A stretch of 64,000 bases of DNA from Selaginella moellendorffii (taxonomy: Eukaryota; Plantae; Lycopodiophyta). Position 1 is the stretch's first letter, and every line of letters starts with the position of its first letter. Below are positions 22,601 to 31,910 of the stretch, in pieces. The notes under the pieces were generated by a model, which made no database searches, was not told where the DNA came from, and was given only the letters and a program-made list of their open reading frames with translations. The position numbers were made by a program, and so were the translations under genes. The stretch lies in NCBI RefSeq assembly GCF_000143415.4, contig NW_003314274.1, positions 716,104 through 780,103 of the forward strand. The letters are read 5' to 3'.

Positions 22601-23461
22601 CCACGGAGGTGACGCTCCTTCCTGTAAATCAATGGGACAATCATAAGGCCGATGAACAGGCAGTACACTAGCTTTTTTCTTGTCAAACACATCCCCAAAA
22701 TCATGATACTTCTCAGGAAGACTGACAGGAGAAACATGCAAAGCAAAAAGAAAAAGAGGTTCTTCATGAAGGAGTTCTTTCATAGTGATTGTGGAGATAG
22801 GAGGAGGAGTACGACTAAATGGAATGATGAGACGAGGATACTGTCCAGTGTAATATGGAAGAGAGAAAAAAGAAGAGGATGAAAACTGCGTAGAGTCAGG
22901 AACAGAACCCCGACTTGAGTTTAGGGAACTTTTCCTGATTCGGACTCGATGAACACCAGGGGAAGCCGTGGGAGATGGTGATGTGGGAGAGATGAGCTGT
23001 AAGTCCTTCCAACAAATCTGAGGCTGATGTAGTTGGAACCAAGGAAGACCAAGCACCACAGAGGAAGACTTGCTGTTGATGATGTTGAAGGCGATATCGG
23101 TGATGGTGGACCCGATGTGTACTCGAACGGGCAACGTTTCCCTAAGTCCAGAAGATGGAGACACAAAATGCCCGCCGATGCCTTCAACCCTCAGATCCCG
23201 TATGGTAGGAGAAAGAGGAACGTGATGTCGGGCAGCAAAGTCCGTGTCCATGAAGCAGGAAGTTGCACCCGAGTCCAGTAGCGCCAAAGCCTTGAGTCCT
23301 GATTGTCCGGTGAAAGAAAGGAGACATGGGACGCGGAAGTTGCGGGAATTGGTGGTGGCTTTGATGAAAGGTGGTGAGGAGCTTGATAAGGAAGAAAAGT
23401 GATTTTTATTTGGGGAGTCCAAACAGACAGCTCCTACTCTGTTTGGACAGGGTCGTTTCCC
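19688..23461 (-). CDS. pol: Pol (protease-RT-RNase H-integrase-chromodomain), in the -1 frame relative to gag
   Basis: LLDSGAT protease, YLDD RT, DASDFAIG RNase H, H..H..C..C and DDE integrase, GPF motif, chromodomain EYEVQDIL...YLVDWKGY...TWEP. No stop codons. Confidence 0.97.
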   Translation of the reverse strand, partial: GKRPCPNRVGAVCLDSPNKNHFSSLSSSSPPFIKATTNSRNFRVPCLLSFTGQSGLKALALLDSGATSCFMDTDFAARHHVPLSPTIRDLRVEGIGGHFVSPSSGLRETLPVRVHIGSTITDIAFNIINSKSSSVVLGLPWFQLHQPQICWKDLQLISPTSPSPTASPGVHRVRIRKSSLNSSRGSVPDSTQFSSSSFFSLPYYTGQYPRLIIPFSRTPPPISTITMKELLHEEPLFLFALHVSPVSLPEKYHDFGDVFDKKKASVLPVHRPYDCPIDLQEGASPPWGPIYGLSPSELKALKEYVDENLASGYIQHSQSPAGAPVFFVKKKDGSLRLVIDYQGLNKVTVRNRYPLPLISDLLERLGGARFFTKIDLRGAYNLIWIRPGDEWKTAFRTRYGHFEYTVMPFGLTNAPAVFQHMANDVFREFLDQMVIVYLDDILIYSKTQEEHDEHVCKVLAKLREHGLYAKLEKCSFDQQSVEFLGYIVTPEGITMDPAKVKTILEWEPPQSMSDVQVFLGFANFYRKFIDHYSDIVLPLTHLTRKDVPFSWSAAAQQAFDTLKAAFSSAPVLIHADSSQPFFIEADASDFAIGAVLSQLGADHELHPVAFHSRKFQPAEINYEIHDKELLAIVDSFGEWRRFLEGASHQTTVWTDHKNLEYFATSRVLSRRQARWAQFLSRFDFVIKYRPGKFQGLPDALSRRSYLSLRPGNPAFDQQDQVILGPDRLQVMAISLAPQDSSLMDAIRNDLQSDDLASDIFPHLQAGHPVTPDCRRFDEFEFLDGLLYRGEQLYVPEGDARRLILMACHDSPTAGHFGIAKTYELVARDFWWPHMDDYIKAFVTSCDTCARHKVPRHLPSGLLRSLPVPSGPWESISMDFLSDLPSSGGFNSILVVVDRFTKMAHFLPCTKEFSGEDMAKLVFREIFRLHGIPTDVVSDRGPQFISHFWQRFLQLLGVKANLSSAYHPQTDGQSERTIQTLEQFLRCFINYHQDNWFDILPLAEFSYNNSVHSSLRVSPFFANSGRNPRFNLSLPSPSESSRSNPRSESFLSNLQEIHNSISFHLHRAQESHKTFANVHRQDCPPYNIGDKVWLLRRNISTTRPCPKLDFKRLGPFPITAIINPVTYRLALPSSYQIHPVFHSSLLEPYIPSPIPNRVIPPPPPVQLEDGSEYEVQDILDSKISRSKLYYLVDWKGYGPEERTWEPADNLIHSPDLVQDFHRRYPSRPSPHSFSPSPIPRRSSHPPLRSRSHPRSTRS
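23377..23461 (-). other. Predicted -1 programmed ribosomal frameshift signal: G GGA AAC + H-type pseudoknot
   Basis: Slippery heptamer 23461-23455 in the gag frame, 6-nt spacer, 11-bp stem GUCCAAACAGA/UCUGUUUGGAC, and loop AGGAGCU complementary to AGCUCCU at 23383-23377. Confidence 0.85.
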
Positions 23462-24411
23462 GACTGCAACAGTGGTGGACTTTGAGGCAGAGTGAACTCG
23501 AGCAATCGGGGAGGCTTCCTGGGACACACAGCTGCTTTGTGATTAGGATCAGCACAGTAGAGGCAAAGATTATGAGATATTCGACGTTGCCTCTCAGCAG
23601 GACTCAACTTCCCTCTAATGAGTCGGGGAGTACCAGAAATATCCATCGGGACCGGAGCAGTAGGTTCAGGACTATGCCCCGAAGACTCAAGCTGGGATTC
23701 CTGAGTCTGGGACGGAAAAACAGCGGCGCGGCGACTTTCCTGACGACGTTCAAAGAGACGATTGTCACATCGAACAGCTTTGTTGATGGCGTCCGACAGG
23801 TCCTTGGGATCCTCCATGGTGAGCAACAAATCCTTGACACCGTTGTTGAGGCTGAAACGAAATTGGTCAATCAGGGCCCGCTCATCCCACTGAGTGTCCA
23901 AGGCAAGGAGTTGGAACTCTGCAGCGTAGATCGAGGCAGGACGAGACCCCTGAGAGAGACGTCTCATCTTTGTGGTAGCAGCCCGAACCCGATCCGTCTC
24001 GCCAAAACATGCTTCGAGCTTCTCTTTGAACAATTGAAGATCCATCAGCTCCGGAACCACGACCCCTTTCATGCTCTTCTCCAGAAGAGGAGAAAACCAT
24101 GACAAAGCTGCACCCTCGAGCAACGTCCCAATCGCGCCGATTTGAGACTCGGGAGTGGGGTACCGCCGATGTTGAAGTGCAAAGATCAGCTCCATTTGAT
24201 TCAAAAGTCCACGAAGCTCCGAACGCTTGCCTGAAAATTTCGCCGGGAAACTCACCTTCGGTTCAGGAACTTTGCTGGATCCTTGAGCCGAAAGTGAAGC
24301 AAGCTCCTGCTGCATGCGAAGAAGGGTCGCCTTCAGCTCGGTATTCTCAGACTGGATTTTTGCAAGGACTTCGGCAAAGAAATCAGGATGGCTTGGAGAC
24401 TCCATTGGCAA
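23434..24411 (-). CDS. gag: Gag (retrotransposon gag + CCHC knuckle CLYCADPNHKAAVC)
   Basis: PAKFSGKR, LLEGAALSW, LSQGSRPASIYAAEF, PVPMDI, CCHC zinc knuckle. Confidence 0.95.
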   Translation of the reverse strand: MPMESPSHPDFFAEVLAKIQSENTELKATLLRMQQELASLSAQGSSKVPEPKVSFPAKFSGKRSELRGLLNQMELIFALQHRRYPTPESQIGAIGTLLEGAALSWFSPLLEKSMKGVVVPELMDLQLFKEKLEACFGETDRVRAATTKMRRLSQGSRPASIYAAEFQLLALDTQWDERALIDQFRFSLNNGVKDLLLTMEDPKDLSDAINKAVRCDNRLFERRQESRRAAVFPSQTQESQLESSGHSPEPTAPVPMDISGTPRLIRGKLSPAERQRRISHNLCLYCADPNHKAAVCPRKPPRLLEFTLPQSPPLLQSGNDPVQTE

Positions 24412-24487
24412 GAAGAAAGAAAAGAAAGGGGGGAAAAGACAAAGGCAATCAAATAATCAAAACAAGCTAAAAGAAAAGCAAAAAACT

Positions 24488-24640
24488 CAATCTGAATCAA
24501 ACTGTCAAGACCCCCAACAAGATCAAGACTGGAAAATGCTAAAGACAAAGAGAAAAAGCTAGTGAAAACAAAGAAGAAGCCTTAGACTGGTGTTGATTCA
24601 GATTGTGGAGAAATGGAACAAGGCTAACCTATATATACTA
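24488..24640 (-). promoter_or_regulatory. LTR TATA box, predicted TSS and self-complementary PBS (Tf1-type self-priming)
   Basis: PBS position (24500-24488, minus: TTGATTCAGATTG) is the exact complement of LTR 24605-24593 (minus: CAATCTGAATCAA), which begins ~32 nt after TATATATA. Confidence 0.8.
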
Positions 24641-27600
24641 TAGGTTGATGAAGCTCCACCACTCTTGGATCGAGGACAGCCTAAATACAGCTGAGGTCGA
24701 GGAGGCGCCACATCATCCATCCCAGGACATGTTGGGCTCGAGACTCAGGAATCGGGAAGTGTCTCGAGAAGTCAGGAATAGGGAAGTGTCTCGAGAGTCA
24801 GGAAATAGAGAAGTGTCTCGAGAGTCAGGAATGTGGTCTGCAGGTCAGGAATCCGGCGAGAGTCAGGAATGTGGCAAGAATTGGGGGATTCCTGACAAGT
24901 GTAACGGCCACTTTTCTATACCAACTCTAGACTCTATCCAACTTAATTGCCTTAGCCTCAAAAGTCAGCATCCCTTTCGGGCTGCATTCAATAAACCAAA
25001 AAGCATTTAAACCTACTAAGATTTAAGCCAACCGAAGTCAACTCCAACCCCTTCACTAGTTTGTACTGGCTTTCGAAAAATGGAATGGTTTTCGGACAAA
25101 ATGATCAATAGATCAGCCATTGGAAAAGTCTAAGAAAATTTGTGGAAAATTTCCATCCTAGAGAAAGAATGACTCTCAGTCTAGGATTGCAAACTTTCAA
25201 GACTCAACCAACTTCCTCCTACCAACAACTTCACATAGGTTCACCTCAACACAAATTCTCATGATCCAAGAATACGTCTAAGCATCGAACATCTTTGCCC
25301 ATCTAATCGATATCCAACATCGACACCCGTAAAGTGCAAAATGAACATCCAAAGCTTGATCACGAAGACCACATCTTCGGATATCCATATTGCACTAACG
25401 CTCTTCTTCAATCACCTTCAAGATCCAATGTGAAGCCAAAACACTAACAAGAAAAAATGACATGGAAAAATCAAGGTCCAAGGAAAATTCCTCATCACTT
25501 GAAATAACAATGCCACTTCCACTAACACAAGTGCTAGCAATGTTAATGCCTCAACTACACATCTTCTCCATCCAACAATCTACTCCAAGTGCTAACGGAT
25601 CAACCGATAAGCTATAGCAAATGAATGCTACAACCCTTTTCCAACACCTAATGGGCAAACTCAAGGAAACAAGGTACCAACTTAAGCTTAGCATAATGGA
25701 CCACTATAGAGAATCCAGTCAAAGCTACTACAATGCTACTTCGTGCAAGTAGACTAGCTTCTCCATCAACCACTTTGGGGTTGATCATCATTTACCCAAG
25801 CAACTTCGTAAACACATTACTCTTTATCACATGGATATGATATAAGCATCACAATGACTTGATCATCAATTGAGTAACACAATGAGCAATGCCTATGTCA
25901 TTACTTCAAACGTTTATGTGAATATCAAATGCCAACTCGATTCGACAAAATGCAACATAAATGCCACACTCCACCAATAGAGGTTTACGACACCCAACAC
26001 CACTAACTTTTGTTCACAACACGGACAAGCTCATGCCACTCTCTTTCCGACCAAACTCAACACTAATCCAACACCAAGCTACTCAAGGAGCAATAGCAAG
26101 GTTCCCCGGAAAAGAATTGAGCATTGCAACCCAAGTCTTCCAATAGTGAGTCTAGACAAAAATGGTTTAGTGTTTCACCACTACCCATCCCATAACTCAC
26201 CACTTGTAAGACCATCACTTCCAACATGCATCAAGGTAGGGACTCTTGATTGCATAATGTGAACACAAGCAATGAGTTAACACCTCGTTGCAAATCATCT
26301 CTCCAAGAAGAGAAAATGATTTACGTATTTGATCCTTTGTCCCCAATGAGTCTCTTTCCGGCCTCATCTTTGACCAAACCTCAAACTTGCTTTCGCACTG
26401 CCTTCAGTTCAATCGAAGAAAAGTTTATAAGAGATCACGGCAATAATTACATGAACCAATAGACTATTCCCTACAGTCTTGATTGATCCACTTATAATCA
26501 TGCCTAGGAAGGATCTACTAGTGCCATGCTAAACAGCTACGAACCAGCCTATTTGCCACTCATAGCAAACCCAGGGAGGTTTGCTTTCACCCATGGTACA
26601 TGGAACAACTCATGGATCCACCGATAGGTTAACATTAATCCTGCCAACTCAAAGTGTAACCTCGAGTTGCTAATGCGCCTCACTCACGAGCCCAAGCGCA
26701 AACTCGTGTAACAGAACAACTTAGTCCACCCTATGAGCCCAAGAGCAAGCTCACATATTATAGAACACAGAGGTAACCAAAACCTATCCCAAGGAACCAA
26801 TGCGAAGTCTTTGCACCAAAACGTGTACCCACTCGGATCATCGTTTTCATCTCTGCGTATGCAACGAGACTAGTTGCCCAATCTCATTGGATAGTTCTCG
26901 CCGAGACTCATTCTCTGATACCAAATGTGGCGCACGTGGTTTTGACCCTTTATCCTATGGTGATTTACCATAGGATAACACCACGAAGCGGAACCTAAAC
27001 CCTCTTTGTGCCACGTGACAGATGCCACGTGTCACATGCCACGTGTCCATAGGAACCCGAGGTTCAAGGCCTCGGGCCACTGAACGAAGGAACAGTGCCA
27101 AACTCCCAAGCGTGACGCCAAGGAGTGATGGAACCGGACCACAGAGCAACTACCGAGCATATAGCCCAAGGAGCGAAGGGACAGGAGCCCAGAGCGACTT
27201 GGAACAGTCCTGGAGCAACCAGCATACCAATGCCAGGACCAGCACGCAAAACGGAGCCAAACGGAGTCTGGCGCTATTTCGGCATACCGGTGGCCTAACG
27301 TGAGGATATGGGTACTCCACCAGCTAGCATGGAATGGAACTTGGGCTTAGACCCAAGCCGGACGCAGAACAAGGACAGGCACGCAAGTGGGAGCTAGACT
27401 ATGCCTCAGGTTGGTCGGCCATGCCCGACCTACCCACTATCCCTACTATACATTTGGAACCCCCCATAGCCCCCCCCCCCTTGAGGAACACACGCTTTGG
27501 GCTTTCACCCCAAGCCTCCCTTAGTATCAGGAGTTAGTCTCTAGGACAAGCTCGAAACTTACTAAATATGGAATGTCCTTAGATTGCGAAATTGGACACG

Positions 27601-28929
27601 GGACGAACACCATTGTGTTCAGGCCGATCTCTACATTCCGTAGATGTGCCAAATGAGCAAATCTGGACACTTTCCATAAATAGCATTTGGGACCGAAATG
27701 AGACTAACACAAAGGGCATGATAGCGAGGGTGTTTGGCAGACACGGTAAGCTATCATGTAGCGATATTGAGGGACCAATCTCAATACGCGAGGGTTCTTG
27801 TCAAGCCAGTGCAAGACAGAGCAAAAGAGAACTAACAAGCCGGGCTGAGTATGCTCAGCTAAATAGACACTTAGGAATTCCTTCCTTATGCTCATCCGGC
27901 CAAGTACAGATGCAAAGTCCAGTTTACTAACACTTGAACAAGAGGGACTAATAAAGGGTCCAGCAATACCGACCTCCTGCCATCGTGGCAGTAAGGTAAG
28001 AGTGTCCGTAAGGACTGGCCGACAGGTAACTTTCGATACCTGAAGTCACATTCGCGACACGAATGAAAATATAAAACACTATAAATTTTATTTGTGTTAA
28101 TATTTCTTGGCCTCATATTTGATCCATGCAAAGAAAAAAAATTAAAATCTGAAGCTGAAGTAAAAAGAAATTTATATTTACTAATATCAAACTATGCGCA
28201 AATGACATAATGTAATTGGTATTAAAAACACATCCATACCATGTGTGGCAATAAACTCAAATGTAGTATGTTGTCCCTTTCTGATATGATTGCCATTTGA
28301 ATTTATAACTAGAAAAAATACTATAAGAATTAATATTTGAGAAAGAAAAAATAAAAAATTTATGGATAACTTTTCTCACAATTTATTCTTACTTTAAAGA
28401 CTTGTGCATGCTTGCCTCTTATAGATACTTAGATTCCCTCATTAGGTTGTGCTAGAATGCTCTTTTTTATTAAATTTTAATTGCTAAACACACAATTTGT
28501 AACTATAAAGTTTGATGAAATCATGTTTTTTTTCTATAATAATGAAAGTGAAAAAGAAGACATACCAAAGTTTGACCACCCAACTTCCCCCTTTACAAGT
28601 GTTTGTAAGCACTTGCTTATATTTTCTTGGACTTGAACTTGCTTACATAATATGATATTTGAAAATTAAAAAGTATCATAGTTCTAGAATTATTAAAATG
28701 CTAAATTATCTTTCAACATAAAAGTCATTAATGAATTTCATAACTCAGAAAATAATATAACATTGAAACCATACCTTTAAATGTCACTTCACAATTTTAG
28801 CTTTACTTATATATAGCCCAGTGGTGGTCTAAATTATTAATTTAACATATTTTTATATTCAAATAAAATTTATTTTATTTAGTGGTTTTTGAATTTAACA
28901 CTATTTCCTCTTTCCTTATAAAGGGTAAA

Positions 28930-29900
28930 ATGTTTATTTTAGAATATTCAATGGTAATATAACACACTATATAAATTATATATTTGTGTGTGTGAATCAA
29001 TAATTATTTAAAGTTTATAATATATGATTTTTATAAAAGTTTGTTGAAGAAAAGGAAAAAATATTGTTATATACTTGCCACATCGATAATCCTTTGAGAT
29101 ATAATATTTATATGAGTTTATGCCTAGGATTATGATTTTTATTTTAGAATATTAATATCACACACAATATAACTATATACTTGTGTGTGTACATCAATAA
29201 TCATTAAAAATTTGTTCTATATAACTTTTATAAAAGTTTATAACAAAATGAAAAGAAAAATAAATCGCTATACACTTGCTATAGTAATTATCATTTAAGA
29301 TATATCATTTGTACAAGTTTACGCTTAGGCTTGTGAGTTTTATTTTAGAATATTCAATGCTAATATCACAAACTATATAGACTATATAATTATGTATGTG
29401 CATCAATAATCATTAAAAATTTATTTTATATGACTTTTATAAAAGTTTATAATAAAGAAAAGAAAAATACCTTCTATATCAATAATCATTTGAAATGTAA
29501 GAGTTTATGCTAAGCTTATGAATGAGGTATATCAGCAAGTTGAAGTTAAATTTGAGTTGGTAGGATTAATGTTTGCCTATCAGTGGTTACTATGAGTTCT
29601 ATATTCCGTAGGTAAAAGTGAACCTTCCTTACAGTTGCTAATGCTTCTTTGTACTTATTTAGCACAATTACTAATGGATCCTTTCTAGTTATGATTATAA
29701 GTGGATCAATCAAGATTATAGAGATTAGTCTATTAGTTTAAGTAGTCAATGCCGTGTTATTATAAACTTTTTTTAGATTGGACTAAAGGTAGCGTGTGCA
29801 TCAATAATCATTTAAAATTTATATTATATAAATTTTATAAAATGTTTTTAAAAAAATGAAAAAAATATATCATTATATACCTGCCACATTGATAATCTCC
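28930..29900. repeat. Degenerate AT-rich tandem repeat, ~200-bp unit, 3 full copies + 1 partial
   Basis: TTATTTTAGAATATT...CATCAATAATCATT...TTTTATAAAAGTTT recurs at ~28934, ~29138, ~29339 and partly at ~29795. Confidence 0.7.
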
Positions 29901-31236
29901 CATACATATGAAAATATTAGGAAACACTGGGAAAATATTTTGTGAATTTTAATTTTAAAAAACATTATTTTGTAGTTACATAATATAGTAAGAAAATTAA
30001 ATAATTAGAGATGTGAGGTCCAAGTGTATGGCTACGATACCGTATCATAATATTAGCATAATGGGATTTTGGTAGCCATCAGATTGGTTTCAATCCAAAC
30101 CCCTCGCTTCTATATATAAGTTAAAGTTTTTGGGCTAATTGATATGCATATTTTCTATATTTTGTCCTTGAGGAGTGCTTGGATTTGAGATTTTGGTTTA
30201 AATTTAGCTTTTATATTATTTAAATTTACTTTTTTCCATTTCCTTTTTTTTTTATTTTTTCTTTTCAAGATTTTGGTTTAGATCTAGCTTTTGCATTGTT
30301 TAGATTTCTTTTTCCTTTTAACATTTTTTTCATTTATCTTCTTTTGCTCTTTCCTTTTCCTTCATCTTCATAGCAGGACAGCAATCTCCTCCTCCTTTGA
30401 CTCTGGAGTAGCAGTTGGTGCAATTGTTTGATGCTATGTAGTTACAATTGAATAATCGAACTCAGTTGATAGCGGCATTCATGGCATATTGTACAGCTCT
30501 TCCTGCTCTTGGTGCCAATCTTTGTGTTCGGCTAAAGTTCTTTTGTGGGAATCCTGGGGATGATGTGTATTATTGGTTTAATCACTTCACGGTGATTGCC
30601 ACATATCATTTTTGGGATGATGCTTGATGTTTGCGTGAATTTCCCACGTGTCTCCAAGGGATGATGTTGTAGTGGTACAATGGTTTGAGCGCAGCCACTC
30701 ATAGGAATTAGAATGTTCTTCCAGATGTCTTTAAATGCACATTCGGACATGCTAACGATTGTGATAATGCCTTCTAACAATTGCATCATCTTCATTAAGG
30801 GCCATCTGAGTTGGTGATGCAATTTGGCATTTGTTTCTAAAGCCTTTTGCTTTGTGCAGAGCCAAATATATCGGAGCGGATCAAGCTAGGAATGTTGTGG
30901 CCAACATTTCGTCAAAATCATGTCGGACTTGTGCATACACTTGCTCCAGCCACTCTTGACAATACTCTTCACTTGGCACAACATTATAAAACATTGCCTC
31001 TTTCATTTCTCATTGCACATCCTTTAGCTCCACTTCCTATGGGCAATGGTTTTGTTCCAATGGAGGTTGATGTTCCTACTACTCGAGTCCAAGGTCAAGG
31101 GTGAGGACGTGGTTGTGGCCGTGATATTTGCTGCTGAGCATGTGATAAAGTTAGTCATACTTATCAGTGTTGTCGGCATTTTCCAGATTGATGGCATCTA
31201 TTTCCTGGGTGGAGACCTTAGCGTCAACAACATCAT

Positions 31237-31336
31237 NNNNNNNNNNNNNNNNNNNNNNNNNNNNNNNNNNNNNNNNNNNNNNNNNNNNNNNNNNNNNNNN
31301 NNNNNNNNNNNNNNNNNNNNNNNNNNNNNNNNNNNN
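31237..31336. other. Assembly gap (100 N); second gap at 50931-51030
   Basis: N runs in sequence. Confidence 1.
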
Positions 31337-31715
31337 CAAGAGATTTCCTATTGTTCTCTTTGTTTTGGTTGATATAAGTTTGAGTTTATTTTCTATTGCT
31401 CGGCTTGTTGCCACGCGTTGCCATCTACACTTGTATTGTGCAACAGTGCCAGTTTTCATTTTTTATGGCAATGGCTATACACATGCATGTGCACGGGATG
31501 AGGTAGGCCTAGTTGTGCATGTGGGTGATCTCGAGTTTGGGTTGTAGTCATTGCAGGTGGTCTTGAGTCAAGTTTTTAACCTCATTCTTAATATGGATTA
31601 GTTGCAATGCAATCATGCCAAGTGTGATTTTGAGTTTTCTCCCCTTTATCTCACTTTTGTACCTCTTTGTCCCTCTATTTCCATTACTTTTGTCTTGCCA
31701 CTACTTCCTCTTATG

Positions 31716-31910
31716 TGTAAGCTTCTGAGTTTGGACTTCTTGGGAGGTCACCCAACCCAGTACTATTCAAACCCAAAGACATTTAATCCCAAATATCCTA
31801 AGACCCTTAACCAATTGAAAAAAGGGGGTGCACTCTTGTTCATGGGCCCTTTCTCTTTATATTTGAACCCTATGGATCGTCTCTCAAATTGTTCTCTTTG
31901 GTTGCTTACA
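31716..31910 (-). mobile_element. 195-bp solo LTR carrying a 5S rRNA-derived segment (Cassandra-like TRIM)
   Basis: Ends TGTAAGC...GCTTACA, TSD TTATG on both sides. Minus strand 31786-31733 reads TTAAATGTCTTTGGGTTTGAATAGTACTGGGTTGGGTGACCTCCCAAGAAGTCC, matching the plant 5S internal control region. Confidence 0.8.

Larger units (their letters stand above)
19290..24897 (-). mobile_element. Intact Ty3/gypsy chromovirus (Tcn1/Tf1-sushi-like) nested in element A
   Basis: LTRs 19290-19676 and 24503-24897 (TGTCA..TGACA), TSD AGTGT at 19285-19289 and 24898-24902, PPT GAGGAGGGGGTGC, intact gag and pol. Confidence 0.97.
15174..28059 (-). mobile_element. Element A: complete non-autonomous LTR retrotransposon (LARD-like, Ty3/gypsy-type ends)
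   Basis: LTRs 15174-16320 and 26926-28059 (TG..CA; about 17 transitions + one 13-bp indel by eye). TSD CGAAT on both sides. iMet PBS TGGTATCAGAG (minus, 26923-26913), PPT at 16321-16333, adjacent hairpin ATCGACG-TCCT-CGTCGAT. ~5 kb internal region without gag/pol ORFs once the nested element is removed. Confidence 0.93.
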
